Below the pieces are notes generated by a model. That model searched no databases. It saw only the letters and a program-made list of their open reading frames with translations, and was not told where the DNA came from. Made by a program: the position numbers and the translations under genes. DNA of 63,184 nt, the filler included, from Reticulomyxa filosa (taxonomy: Eukaryota; Protista; Foraminifera), in NCBI GenBank assembly GCA_000512085.1. It is 22 parts of 22 records of this genome, joined end to end, with 100 filler letters (N's around TTAATTAATTAA, not from the genome) between each part and the next. Parts side by side here need not be neighbours in the genome. Positions count along the whole stretch, not along the records: positions 36,484 to 42,863 come from ASPP01023525.1; positions 42,964 to 44,034 come from ASPP01044878.1; positions 44,135 to 45,727 come from ASPP01003391.1; positions 45,828 to 47,978 come from ASPP01004577.1; positions 48,079 to 49,521 come from ASPP01037554.1; positions 49,622 to 50,963 come from ASPP01010607.1; 16 more parts are not named here. The stretch is one strand, 5' to 3'. This document shows, in pieces, positions 37,493 through 50,145 of this stretch. Each line of letters begins with the position of its first letter. Positions within the stretch are counted from its first letter, which is position 1.

Positions 37493-38496
37493 ATGTCCGC
37501 CGGTTTTGTTCCCCTCACAGATGCTCAAGTGGAAGCAGTAGGATCAAAAAAACCAGGCTCGAATGTAGCTCAAGTACGTTGGTTATCTAATCCATTTGAT
37601 GTGGAATTATGTGCAGCTTGTCGTCAAGGGGACGCGAAAGGCGTGAAGCAAGCAATAGAAAAAGGAGCGAACCCAAACTGCCACATCAACAATGCGTTGG
37701 GCGAGACAATTCCAATGTCAATATGTGCAAATAAAGGATATCAAGAGATAGCATCCTTTCTGGTCAAAAGTGGGGCGCATCCAAATAGTACAGTCGGATT
37801 TGACGGAAGCACACCATTGCACATTGCAAGCCGTGCGAATCAAATCGAAATGGTCACCTTTTTGATAGACCAAGGTTACGAAATAGACAACGCCAACAAA
37901 TTGAAACGCACGCCGTTGATGGAAGCATCTGCCTGTGGCAATGTGGACATGGTCAAGTTATTGTGTGGAAAAGGGGCAGACATCGACAAGCGCGATCAAC
38001 AACAAAAAACTGCACTCAGGTTTCGTTCTTTTTTTTTTTTCATTCTCCCTCCCGCTTTCAAAAAAAAAAAAAAAAAGTTCATAATGTATTATTATCCAAA
38101 AAAAAAAGTCCCCTTTTTTTTAAAAAAAATTGTATATGTCTATGACCTACCCTATAACGTATATAAAAAAAAAAAAATGAATGTAGTCATGCATTGGATA
38201 ACATATCTAAAGTAGAGAACAAATGGTATGATACGGCGAAGGTGTTGGTTGAGTTGGGGGCGGATGTAGATGTCAGTGGGGGCTTTGCAAATGGTGTAAC
38301 TATTTTGCACTGTGCAGCTGCGCAAGGGGACGTCGAATTTGTAAAATTTTTAGTAGAAATAAAGGGGGCGAACGTCTTCTCTGGCGATGATAATGGAAAA
38401 ACGCCTTTGGACTATGCGATTTTAAAGCAAAAGGACGATGTTGTGTCTTATTTGCGCTCTGTTAGTGCACAGGAAAACTGCTGTTGTGTCTTATAA
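37493..38496 (+). CDS. Ankyrin-repeat protein with C-terminal CaaX box (CCCVL)
   Basis: TPLHIAS, TPLMEAS, TALSHA (across intron 38020-38186), TILHCAA and GKTPLDYA. The protein ends CCCVL. Confidence 0.9.
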
Positions 38497-39000
38497 ATGC
38501 TATTACTCTACTACTAGCTACTTACTAATATTAATAATAACAATAACAATAGTGTTTTTTTTTTCTTTATAATAATAAATCCCCCTTTTGTGCAGTCATT
38601 TTATAACTCGCAACTCTACTATGTGCATACTTTGTGTGTATTGTGGATGCTCTTTTGGTCATTCAATTGCTTGCTGGTTATTTTTACTGTTTTGTTTTTC
38701 AAATTAAAAAAAAAAGAAAAATACTAAAAAGAGTAACTTAGTTCGTAAATGAAGAGTTGTAATTGGCGTTGTTTGGGTTGAGTTGTGTGAACCTCCAAGT
38801 TTTTTGTTGTATACTAGATATATATCCTTTTCCATTATTTTTCTTTTAAAAGAGGTAGCAGGAATCAAATTTTCTTTTTGGAACTCTTTTCAAGGAAGAT
38901 TTGTTAAGGACTGTTTATTGCTTGCAAACAAGATGAATACTAAAACGCTTATTATACTTACAAGAATGAGGGTAGAAAAAAAACTAAATGATTATTAATT

Positions 39001-40299
39001 ATGAAAACAACTTTTAAAGTATTGCAAAATGTTTCAGCTGATTTATCACGCGTCAAGTATGTCAAATTACCACAAAACATATGCGTTCCAACAAAATTGT
39101 TGAAAAATGTGGGTTATTTCTACGGCGTACCGATTTCGGAAATTCGGGACGACACGTTGACGCACGGATCAAAAGCGCAAAAGCAGTTGCAAATTGGGCC
39201 TTGCCACTCTGCCAATGATTCAAGCATTGGTGTGGATTTATGTGAGAAATATTTACAAGAAATGTTTTCGCCGAATGCGGGTTTTTTTCATCACATTGAA
39301 AGTCCATTGAAATGTGGAAGCGAGAAGTCTGGACTTGGCGAAGTTTCGCAAAAGTTGATAGAAGTGTTAGAAAGTGAATTTGGAATATTCTGCCTGGAAG
39401 TACAAAAAAAGACATGGACAGTGCTTGGGGAAAAGGAGAGCGTAAGAAGGCTTGTTGAAGAAACTGAGCCTCGTTTTTCAATGTTCGAAATACAATTGCC
39501 AAGCAGTGCGCATTGGCATTGGAAAAATATTGAGTTCATATGGGAAAAATCTACTCTTTTGAAACAATTTTTGACAAGTCTTGAATGGGTGTGCAACACA
39601 TTTGCTTGGATACAATCCTTTGACCATGATTCAAGTACTTTAAAATTTGGGGTGTACGGGTCCAAAGGGGACATGCCACGGACACAACATTATATTCGAA
39701 ATTTGAAAGAGTTTTTTATTGCTAATGTATTTCACGTTGTACCCTTGGAAGGGCCGTTAAATAGTGATCTTACTGCTACTTTCTTGCAACAATTTCGCAA
39801 CCACTTTGGAAACTATTACACTCAATACAACTTGCCATTAAAAGCGTTTTTCGATGGCGATAATGTTATTGTTGTCATGTCTCGAAACTCAGATGCATGG
39901 AAACAACAATGGGCCACTGTTATTCAATGGGTCGATTCGCACTTGTCATCTTTGTCACTCAGGAAAATCGAACCTGAAACTTCCGAAATTTCACGGCCCG
40001 AGACAAAAAAGACTATGCGACAAACCGTTTCCAAAAACATTATCCAACAATTCCTGAAATTACAAGATATAAGTACCACTGACAAACAAGAGTGGAGTAT
40101 TGATGAAATCCTTAGTTTGCCTATTGAAACTGTCAATGGGTGCGGTGAAAAGGTAGCATATCTATTACATAAGGAAAACATTCAAACTATTGGAGATATG
40201 GTAAATGTGCGTCATGCATGGACCGAAACTCAAAAAAATAGTGGAAATTGGAGACTTGTCAAATTACATTCTTCTTGTATGCAACTTGCTTCCCAATAA
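39001..40299 (+). CDS. Intronless 432-aa protein with a C-terminal helix-hairpin-helix-like module
   Basis: Long clean ORF. LPIETVNGCGEKVAYLLHKENIQTIGDM fits the LPI..v.GiG.k.A..L...gI.TIGDL HhH pattern. Confidence 0.65.
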   Translation: MKTTFKVLQNVSADLSRVKYVKLPQNICVPTKLLKNVGYFYGVPISEIRDDTLTHGSKAQKQLQIGPCHSANDSSIGVDLCEKYLQEMFSPNAGFFHHIESPLKCGSEKSGLGEVSQKLIEVLESEFGIFCLEVQKKTWTVLGEKESVRRLVEETEPRFSMFEIQLPSSAHWHWKNIEFIWEKSTLLKQFLTSLEWVCNTFAWIQSFDHDSSTLKFGVYGSKGDMPRTQHYIRNLKEFFIANVFHVVPLEGPLNSDLTATFLQQFRNHFGNYYTQYNLPLKAFFDGDNVIVVMSRNSDAWKQQWATVIQWVDSHLSSLSLRKIEPETSEISRPETKKTMRQTVSKNIIQQFLKLQDISTTDKQEWSIDEILSLPIETVNGCGEKVAYLLHKENIQTIGDMVNVRHAWTETQKNSGNWRLVKLHSSCMQLASQ

Positions 40300-41197
40300 A
40301 TCATCAGAACTTTAAATTTGACAAAATTATCATTTTAAAAATTTTCATTAAAAAAATCAGTCAAACTTGTACGTACTTTATTCGTATCTAACTACTGGCT
40401 AAATCAGTTCAGAGTTGCATGATTATCCTAGCTTAGTGCTAAAAAACAAATAAAGCAAAAAAGTACATTAATTTTCGCAATATCACGGCTATGCTAATAA
40501 GGTTTTAAAAATTATTTAATCTTTTCAGGGTAGATGAAAGATTTATATCATTGTGGAAAAAATGCTGATGTTGAAAAAGGTTAAAATGATCAATCTTTCG
40601 AGCGAATTACAATAAAAAAGAAAAGAATGTTAAAAATAAAATGGATAACAAAAAAATCAAACAAAGCAAAGTTTCGGAGAAAAAAATTATAAGTTCAGCA
40701 AAACTTCACTACCCGTACTAGTGCATTATCCTAAATCACTCTTGGTATCTCAATATGTTATAAGTATCTTGATATTGTTTGTTCTATTGCAGAAAATGAT
40801 AGACATAGTAACAGTGAACGTGACTAAATATAATATGAAAGTGGCTTGTTCCGAAAACAAAATTTCAGTAAAACTGAACCAAAATTGATGGAGATCCCAA
40901 AAGAATATTTGAATTTGTATTTTCAAACTGAGACCCCACCTCGATCTTATAAACTGTTACCCAGACAAATATTTTCTAAAAAACTGAATTAATCACAAGC
41001 AGTGTTTTTATGTTTAATCATTAGTGTCTTGTTAATGGAGCTATCTCTTTTAATTAAAAACTAATTAATATAAATAAACAAACACAATCAATCTTGCATA
41101 ACAAATAAGAAAATTTTTTAAATTTGAAAAAGTTTATTTGTGAGTAGTCAAACAAAACAAACTTAAAAAGTTTCAACTTTTTTTTTAAAGTTTCGAA

Positions 41198-41861
41198 ATG
41201 CAACGAAAAAGATGGAAATTGATTGTGGAATACGAGACACAACAATGTGGCTTTAATGATTATCCAACAGTATTGCTGGACGAATGTGCCAAGTTTTCAG
41301 AGGAGTATGAGCCAAAATTAAGATTTATGATTGTGGACGATCTGAAAGGATGCTTAAAAATATCAGATGACAAAATGTCGGTCAAGCACAACAGCACAGG
41401 CCATTCTGGTGTTGTTCATATATGTGACTCTGTGACAAACTTTGAATTAATGTCAATTTTGCGAGTATGTTATTTTGCAAAAATTTGAAATAACATTCCG
41501 AGTGGATAGAAGTGATTCATTTATGTATATGGGCATGTTTCCACACTGGTTAAAAAATAAAACTCCTTTTGACATTGGATCACCTTCATTTCCAGCCTGT
41601 GACTCTCTTTCTCGTTTTTACACGGGCTTAAACACAACACAAAAATTTGAGTGGATCGGCGATATTCAAACATTCAGAGCCCGCAATAATGTAGAAATTA
41701 AAATTTCCATAGATTTTGAGGCGAACCATGTCCAGTTAACAAATGTGACAAAACAACTACAAATCACATTGAAACCGATTCCAGACAATATGGAAACTAT
41801 TGCATTTTATCTTTATTGGTATGATTTAACCATCATTCAACAATCTTGTCAATACAAGTGA
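41198..41861 (+). CDS. SPRY/B30.2-like beta-sandwich protein (spliced or frameshifted)
   Basis: LKISDDKMSV, FEITFRVD, MYMGM and IKISIDFEANHVQL match the SPRY pattern. The frame changes between the two ORFs around 41410-41480. Confidence 0.5.
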
Positions 41862-42421
41862 CAGCTTTACAAAAACAAGTCATTTATTTTTGAGAATTGT
41901 TTTTGGATATAATTTCTTGTAGTTGGTTTATCCTTCAAAAAAAAAAAGTCACTCAGTTCGCATACAGGTATATTGGAGCCAGTCAACTTATTAGCGTTTT
42001 TCTTTTTTATTGTTTAGGGAGAAATTCTCGACATTGTTCATTTTAATTTTTCTGAAAATTTTACTGAGCGACAAATTTGGTTTTATGCTTCATTAAGCAA
42101 TGTAAAAGCTGAAAGATTATGCACACAATCTTCGTTAGTATCGATTTTTTTTAAAGTAACGAATTATTTTCAAAAGTTCTCCATGCAAGTGGTTCTCTTC
42201 TTGTTTATTCGTATATGCAACCTCGCTTCGGAACAATGGATATGCAATTCTACAATTTGCTGAAGCATTTAGATTTAGACCCTTCATATATTCTTTAAGT
42301 ATCAAAGCATTGCCACAGAAGCCAACAGTATAAAATGGATACTTGGCCAAAAAAACAAAGATGCCGAGTCCTTTTTTGGAAGAGAAAAATATCAATAAAA
42401 TCGTGAAGAATAAGAATACTG

Positions 42422-42820
42422 ATGGCATCACAAAAGCGCATCCTACTCAAAATTTTAATACTTGGATCGAGTAGGTATTCTCAACAACCGCTTCTATGAA
42501 AAATGCACAACTAGGAAAATGTCACCCACAAAAAAGCTCAGGAAAGACTAGTATGTTGGAAGCATATTTTGATAAGGAATTCCGACAAAAATACAAACCA
42601 ACCATTGGTGCTGATTTTTTGACCAAAGATTTGGTTATTGGCAAACAGACTGTCGCCGTACAGGTTCGGATTATTCACTTTGCTTGGGGGATGTATCTCA
42701 CAATGCAAAAAAATTATGCAATGATACAAAAAATAACTCTAACCATAACACAAAGCTGTGGGACACAGCCGGACAGGAACGATTTTCAACTCTTGGTATA
42801 GCCTTTTACCGAGGGGCAGG
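42422..42820 (+). CDS. Rab7-like GTPase, divergent paralog (5' part)
   Basis: Spliced MASQKRILLKILILGSSSSGKTS, YKPTIGADFLTK and LWDTAGQERFSTLGIAFYRGA. Confidence 0.88.
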
Positions 42821-43010
42821 TTTGCAAAAAAAAAAAAAAAAAAAAAAAACAAAAAAATTTTTANNNNNNNNNNNNNNNNNNNNNNNNNNNNNNNNNNNNN
42901 NNNNNNNTTAATTAATTAANNNNNNNNNNNNNNNNNNNNNNNNNNNNNNNNNNNNNNNNNNNNTGGAAATAATAAAAATAATAAATAAATAATAATAATA
43001 AAAGATTGAT

Positions 43011-44034
43011 TTAATAAGTTGATTGTGTATCGGATTTAATCATTTCAATAACTTGTTTAATTTTGTCAGGAAAATATTTCATTTGTTTGGTCCTGACATT
43101 TTCAACAAAGGCTAACAAATCATCTTTCATGACATTATCATTTTTTATGGCATTCATTGAGTTTTCATGTTTGAAAATGTCAAATAAGCGATTAATGAAA
43201 TCAGATGAAACATGAGGAGATATAGTGGAAATAATGCGCGGAATAAAATGGCGTAAAGGAGTGCGATCTAATTTCGCGACATGTTTGGATAACATGATAT
43301 CCAAAACAATTTTATATTCTCCATGTTGTAGCATAAAAATTAGCATATCTAATAACTTTTGTAATATTTCCATTTCTTTCAAAGCTTTTAATCCTTTGGG
43401 AATTGAGATCATTTCGTCCATAAGTTCTGCGACATTACATCTCTTGTGAATCAAATCATATATACATATATATATGTTAAAATAAATACATACCAAAAAA
43501 TAATATTTTTGAACAATACTTGCTAATAAACTCAAAAACAAAGATGTGAAATAGCTTTCATAAGTACTATTGAAATATCCCTTTTTTTTAATAACACAAT
43601 ATCGAATCCAAATGATAATGCCTTTGCTAATCAAAGGCGATTTTTGGACACTTTCAAAGAGTAAGTTTTGTGAACGTGGCTACAAGGATACATCATAATT
43701 TTTATCGTGAAATATTTGCGATTAAGAAAAAAGAAAGAATGTTTTAAGTCATTTGTATTAATTTCTCGCGGTTTCATATTATACGCAACAGATTTTGTAG
43801 TATTGTCTGCAATCATTGCACTTTTACTTATTTCATTTGATTTGTTTGGAGTTGGTAGTCAAACTTGTTCTATTTTCATCAGGTTGTTTTCAATGTTTCC
43901 ATTGTTGTCATATTCCAAAGATTTGATTGAAAATTACAAATTGTGCCAAAAAAATCAATACCAAAGGATATCACAAGTCCAAAGAAAAAATTTGCATAAA
44001 ATCGTTTCACTGTCTATCTTGTTGAAAATCTTTA
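43011..44034 (-). CDS. NELF-C/D (TH1-like) C-terminal region
   Basis: PLISKGIIIWI..YF..FLSLL and EILQKLLDMLIFMLQHG..LDRTPLRHFIPRIISTISPHVSSDFINRLFDIF are colinear with the recalled TH1 C-terminus (PVVAMGVLKWV..LLDRMVHLLSRG..DISLIRYFVTEVLDVIAPPYTSDFV). Confidence 0.7.
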
Positions 44035-45539
44035 NNNNNNNNNNNNNNNNNNNNNNNNNNNNNNNNNNNNNNNNNNNNTTAATTAATTAANNNNNNNNNN
44101 NNNNNNNNNNNNNNNNNNNNNNNNNNNNNNNNNNATACTGCAACATCTAGCAGTATCTGAACGAAATTCGAAGTTAATTTCGATTATCAGTAACGATTTT
44201 CGCCGTCAACAAGATTGCGGAAAACAGAAGCAAAGACCAAAGAAAAGAAACTAGTAACATTTTTTTTTTAAAGATAAGTATTAGATTTTAATTTTTGTTT
44301 TAGTTTTGCTTTAATTTGTTAAAAGAAGCGAATTGAATTTCAATATTTTATGAGACTTCAACACTTCGAAAACAAGGACCAGAAGATTCGGTTGAGCGTT
44401 ATCATTGCTCCTGCAATTCCCTCTGACCATTCCACAGGGAAGAGCCAAAATTGTTTTCACAACCGTTGACTGATCTCTAACTCCATTTGAGATTTGCTTT
44501 GCTTTTTTGATAATTAAGACTTTAAATTGTTATTTTTTACTTGTGGTGTTGATTGTAAGTTTTTGATAAATCTTGTAGATCTTTTCTTTTGATTTTTGTT
44601 TTTATTTGAGATCTCATTTTTGCTAAAAAAAAATAAATTCTTTCACAACCACTTCTTTCGTCTTGAATTCGCTAGATGACAAATGATGTATTTGCCTGAT
44701 ACTGCTGCATTAATATCATTCACAATATCTTGAACATTATCCACATTACTATTTCTGTAAAGGCGTACATATATGTCATTTTCAATAATTGTTCATACGG
44801 TCTCACAATATTTTCGAAGATGGCAATTTGATTGGAGTCTTTTGATTTACGACAATGTTTGATGGATCTGCAAATGTGAATACTACTGTTGGAAGCTTTT
44901 CTAGTTGACACTTTATTTTGCCTGGTTGGTTCAGTCGTCATCTTAAGATATCTTAATCTCGATATCGAGTTTGAAGTATCTTGAAGTTTTACGCAGTGAA
45001 GAGCCAAATTTGTTTTTGCAACAAGATGATTTCATTGGTGAGTGATATTCATCAAAATGATATTACAAAAGAAGAAGTTATTAAAGCTATGATACATTTT
45101 TTTTAGCGTGAAAGAATGTAATTTGTTGAATTGATAAAAGGAAAATATTGTAAATAATACAATACGTTATAAAAAGTAACCAACAAATAACATTCAAGCT
45201 TCAACATTTAAATTTAAACCCAAAACTTTTGTGATCATCACACAGCTTATTGCCTTGCATCACCTCTGTGCAGCTTAGAGGGAATCCAAGGGTCCCCCAG
45301 ACCCTACGAGACTTCAGCAAGTGACGTCGTATGCTTCGAAGGTAAATTTCAATCAAATTAAAATAGGTAAAATTCAACACTCCCCTTACAAAATTGAATA
45401 AAACTATTGCAAAAACAAAACAAACATAAAATTGTTGAAGCATTTCAAGTGTTGGTTTCCTTCTTTTTTAACTTGGAAAGTAATATCTTGGCTTTCTAGC
45501 CATCATCTAAAAAAAAAAAATTGTTTCATTGGCAGGGAC

Positions 45540-45720
45540 AATACATTAATATTTGTGGAAGCAATTCTTGGACATTTGTCCACCAATTGCGACGTAGTTC
45601 ACTGTATCGCAAACATTCCATCAGGAAATGCTCGATAGTTTCTTCTTCATTAAATGATCTCAATATCTTCCGACAAAATTTGCAATCAGTAAAGATAATC
45701 ACTCTTCCGAAATATATTTA
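45540..45720 (-). mobile_element. LINE remnant: RNase H-like motif joined to the C-terminal zinc-knuckle half
   Basis: Minus strand reads RVIIFTDCKFCRKILRSFNEEETIEHFLMECLRYSELRRNWW. This is related to the remnant at 8460-8680. Confidence 0.6.
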
Positions 45721-45827
45721 AATTTTANNNNNNNNNNNNNNNNNNNNNNNNNNNNNNNNNNNNNNNNNNNNTTAATTAATTAANNNNNNNNNNNNNNNNN
45801 NNNNNNNNNNNNNNNNNNNNNNNNNNN

Positions 45828-46080
45828 TCGAAGCAAGAGTCGAAGCAAGAGTCGAAGCAAGAGTCGAAGCACGAGCAGAAGCAAAGAAAAAAAAGACACC
45901 ACAAGCAAAAATGAAGACGCTCGAGTCGTGAAAAGGTCCAGATCACGGTCTCGTTCGCGCTCTTATTCTCCTCAGCGAGTGTATTTGACGGAAAAAGTTG
46001 TCTCCGAAAAAGAGGTCTCCAGGGTTATGGAAAAATGGAAACGAGGTAGAGGTGGGCGAGGTGGACGAGGTGGAAAATAG
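45828..46080 (+). CDS. C-terminus of an SR/RGG-rich protein
   Basis: A 12-nt tandem repeat tcgaagcaagag encodes (RSKS)n, followed by RSRSRSRSRSYSP and RGRGGRGGRGGK*. Confidence 0.6.
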
Positions 46081-49000
46081 CCCAAACATATATCCTATTT
46101 ACTCCAACTTTGTACTGCTTGCATTTACATGCAAGATTCGTATTTTCATTACGTAACATTATTGTGTCATTTCTTTAATTGCTACAATTTTATCATTCCT
46201 TTTAAAAATATTTATTTTGTTCCTGTTTCTCATTTGCAAATTATTTTTTTGTAGGCAGAAACAGAGCTCCACTGCTCCGAACAAAGGTGCTCTTTTAGTA
46301 AAATTTCAATAGAAAACGAAAAGTCATTTAAAAAAAAAAAGAGTCTATGTATTTAACAATTTTGATTATAGCTCGTACAATTTCTGCTCAATATGCTTTT
46401 CGATTAGCACTTCAATAGATGGGGCAGTTGCATAACACAAACATTGACGTAAGATCTGATTGGTTACATCTGCCAATGTTCATGCTATGTTCAATTTAGT
46501 TGTAATAAAAATTTCAAATATTCAATCGAATCGTGCAAGATTTTTTCATTTATTTGATTTATCTTTGTTTTGCTGAAAATACTCTCGATAAGGGTACCTG
46601 TCGTATTACACTTACAAATTCTGTGTCAGTGCTTTCTACAAAAGTGCACAAAAATATATATACTGAACTCTTTTTGAAACGAAAAATATAAATTAAGACG
46701 TATTTTGTTCTCCTTGTTATTTTCCTGTCTAAAGAGTTTCTTATAATAACTTCTAAATCTAACAACAATACTTGATTTTCTTTTTTTTGATATAACAAAC
46801 CAATCAAACACAACAAAGCAAATATAAAATGATCTATTACAACAAAAAGAAAGAAACAAAACAAAAGAGCGAAGAAAGTCAGTAGAAAAGTAATTTAATT
46901 GGTTGGACAGTAATAAAATATCCTAAAAAAATTTCTTCGGTCAAAGTTCAGTTCAACGCGAATAATAAAATATAGCTTATGTATTTCTTTAGTGTATATA
47001 TGTTCTGCAGTTGCTAGAACACAATATTTGGAATAAAGAGTGTCTGCAATACTAGCTCCGGAGTCAAATATTTAAATAATTGGCTTTACAACAATAAAGA
47101 AAGATGCGACCATGGAAAAGATCTTAATGTTACGATTTGTTCGTAACGAGTGAACTTTTTCAACAAAATTTTTTTAAAAAAGAAACTTTGGCATGTCAAC
47201 ATTTTTTACATGATTCCTTTATCAAGTAAAAAAAGCATGTCCGCAATGAGATCTTTTGCTAGCCACAACACATCAAAGATGGAGGGAGGTACATCGTTGG
47301 GAGCGATTGCCGAAACATCAAATAAGTTGAAAGCAACAATCTTATGTTGTGTTTGTTTTTGAATGAATGATGTACCTGTTTCGTTTTATAAGCGCAGGAT
47401 TAAAAAAGCTTTGGGATACAAAAAGATGTGGCTTCCTTCCTCTCTTTTTTTTTTTTTTTTTTTCTTCTTCTTTGTCACAACAGTGCGGAACTACTATCAA
47501 AAACGAAGAAATTGAAGCGAGCAGTGAACGCAGTAGAATTATCGACTAGTGTACCTTCTACACAGTCGAGTGCTTTCAAATAAAAGTGACACAGTTACAA
47601 AATCCTCCATCCATCCTTCCAGCATCCGATCTCTTCCACAATATAGAAGCAAAGCAAGAGTTATGCCGTGGTCCGTCTCATCGGATCGCGAAGAAAAGCC
47701 AAACATGCGTAAATATGCATACGTCTCTCCATCTTCAAAGCTTATATCAGGTATGTTCCATGAACAAGAAGAAAAGATATCAGAAGGGATAAAGCGATAG
47801 ATGCATAAACAAGTATTTTATTATTATTATTATTTTTTTTTTTGTATCAAAATATCAAATAATCTATTCATTGAAACAGCTAGTGATGAGCAAAGACGAG
47901 TATCAGAAGAAAAGCATTCAGAGGAGGAACAATCATTAAATGCGAGAAGCACAAAAACCGTAACAATGACGACGACAANNNNNNNNNNNNNNNNNNNNNN
48001 NNNNNNNNNNNNNNNNNNNNNNTTAATTAATTAANNNNNNNNNNNNNNNNNNNNNNNNNNNNNNNNNNNNNNNNNNNNTTTACAAAATAAAAGAATACCT
48101 TTTTTTTACAGTTTTCATATTTTCGAAGAGCTATTGAAATAAATCGTTGACTCTATACTTGTCCCTTAAAAAAAACTTAACCAAGGTGGCGGAAAAGAAA
48201 AAACTGTTCGTTTAGCTAATGTTAAGGACGAGGACTATGTCAAGGTTTTAACGTGTGAACAAGTCACGAAGTGTTTGCCTTTCTGTCTGATGTTGGAACG
48301 GTTTGGCAACTAGTTCATCACCAGCAGCATAACCTACTAAACTGGCATCAACAAGTGTAGTTTTCAATAGGTTTTAAAATTTTTAACACTTGAACAATCA
48401 CTCAATATATTTATCATTGCATTTCTTCTTAAATAAACAGATTTGTTTCATGACCGTTTTATTGAAATAATAAATACTTGTTATCATTCGTTTTTTTAAT
48501 GATACATCAACACTTGCTTAATATCATATATAAAAATATGGAAAAATGCTATTACAAAAAATTGTTAAAAAATTCAAAAGACACTTCGACAATGCTTTTT
48601 CATTAAAAAAAGTACTTTCTTTGAAATGCAAAAAAACTTTAACAAAGCTTCAAAAAACAATAAATTTTCAAACAACAATAACCGTACCACTGTGGCCAAA
48701 AAGACTTCTCTCAGGATCCAACTAATTGAAAAAAAGTCTACTAAATGTATACACAAAAAATGACATCAGCTATTATCTTATCTACTTTTTTTCTTTCCAC
48801 TAACTTTTCTTGTTTATACTGTCAATTTCATATCGAACATCAACATTCCTTGGCAAGACTGCCATTAATAGCTTTACTGCAAATGTATTGATTACACCGA
48901 GCACAGAACCGGTGTTGCCTGGAAAAACGATAAAATCCAGCCTCACTGGCATATTTCCAGACATTGAAGAAGGATTGTAAGTAATCAGCTGCGTGTATTA

Positions 49001-49664
49001 TCTGTCCGCAAAAACGAAACGTAGCAAGTTTTTTTTTTGGGGAGGGTGTAGTGATGGATGAACTTTTTCTTTTTTAAATGGCATATTTAGATCAAATGAA
49101 AATCCAAAATAGGTAATCATTATTCCCAAAGTTTATTTCATCCATCATATATAAAGCTGTCACGGCTAGTATCGGAAATGCAAACGCAGCCACAGTCTTC
49201 CAATGATGCATATGACTCCTCTCTACACGAAGAATATGTAAAAATGCATAAAGATCTGGACATTAACGGCAAAGATGTTTTAATTGATCATCACAATCAC
49301 AACACAAGCACATTAAACTTGACTTACCCAGAATGGATTTTATTGCTTTATGCTGGAGATGTTACGAACGTGGGGAGTGCTTAGAGTTGATGAAAACAAA
49401 CAAGCATTGAAAGTACTTATATTTTACACGATCGCCATATTTATTATGACAAATGGCTTGGTGAAATAATAAAAGATAAGCAATTTTAATTGATGGCAAA
49501 ACAAAACAAAAGCACAACATTNNNNNNNNNNNNNNNNNNNNNNNNNNNNNNNNNNNNNNNNNNNNTTAATTAATTAANNNNNNNNNNNNNNNNNNNNNNN
49601 NNNNNNNNNNNNNNNNNNNNNAAAAAAAAAAAAAAAAAAAACTATTTTTTTTTTTTTTTTTTTT

Positions 49665-50111
49665 TAACATCATCAATGTCTTTTAAGAAAAATTCAATGG
49701 CCGAAATCAAATACTTTTCGGTAAGTTCGGTGCCCAAAATGGAACATATTTCATGCATAGAGCAGGCCAAAGTCTTGCGCGATTTGAACGATTTTCGGAC
49801 GAGGACGTTGTAGGTCTCGTGAAGTTCTTCCCAACGCTCCTTCCCCAGTGCGAGCACAACGCCAGGGAAGTTGAACGCGCAGTGGTTGATGCAGTCGGCA
49901 TCTGCTTCCGCACTTGACAAGTTGGGGATATTGGTGTAATATTTCAAAAATTGCGTACTCACTTGGTCCGATCGAAGTGTAGATATGAATGGACCTAGTT
50001 GTTCGTACGCGCTGTTCCGAACCCAGCGAGAGCTCTATTTCATTTCCAAATCAAATTAAAACACGATTCAAACTTCATTTTCCACTATTGGCACATATTT
50101 AATGTTATTAC

Positions 50112-50145
<34 letters not shown>

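Noticed and set aside
45230-45345. Possible hammerhead ribozyme or tRNA-derived element
   Set aside because: The minus strand has CTGAAGT rather than CTGANGA, no correctly placed GAAA, and no cloverleaf that I could fold.
47113-49521. Possible exons at 47113-47978 and 48780-49500
   Set aside because: I could not build a consistent spliced frame or identify a domain.
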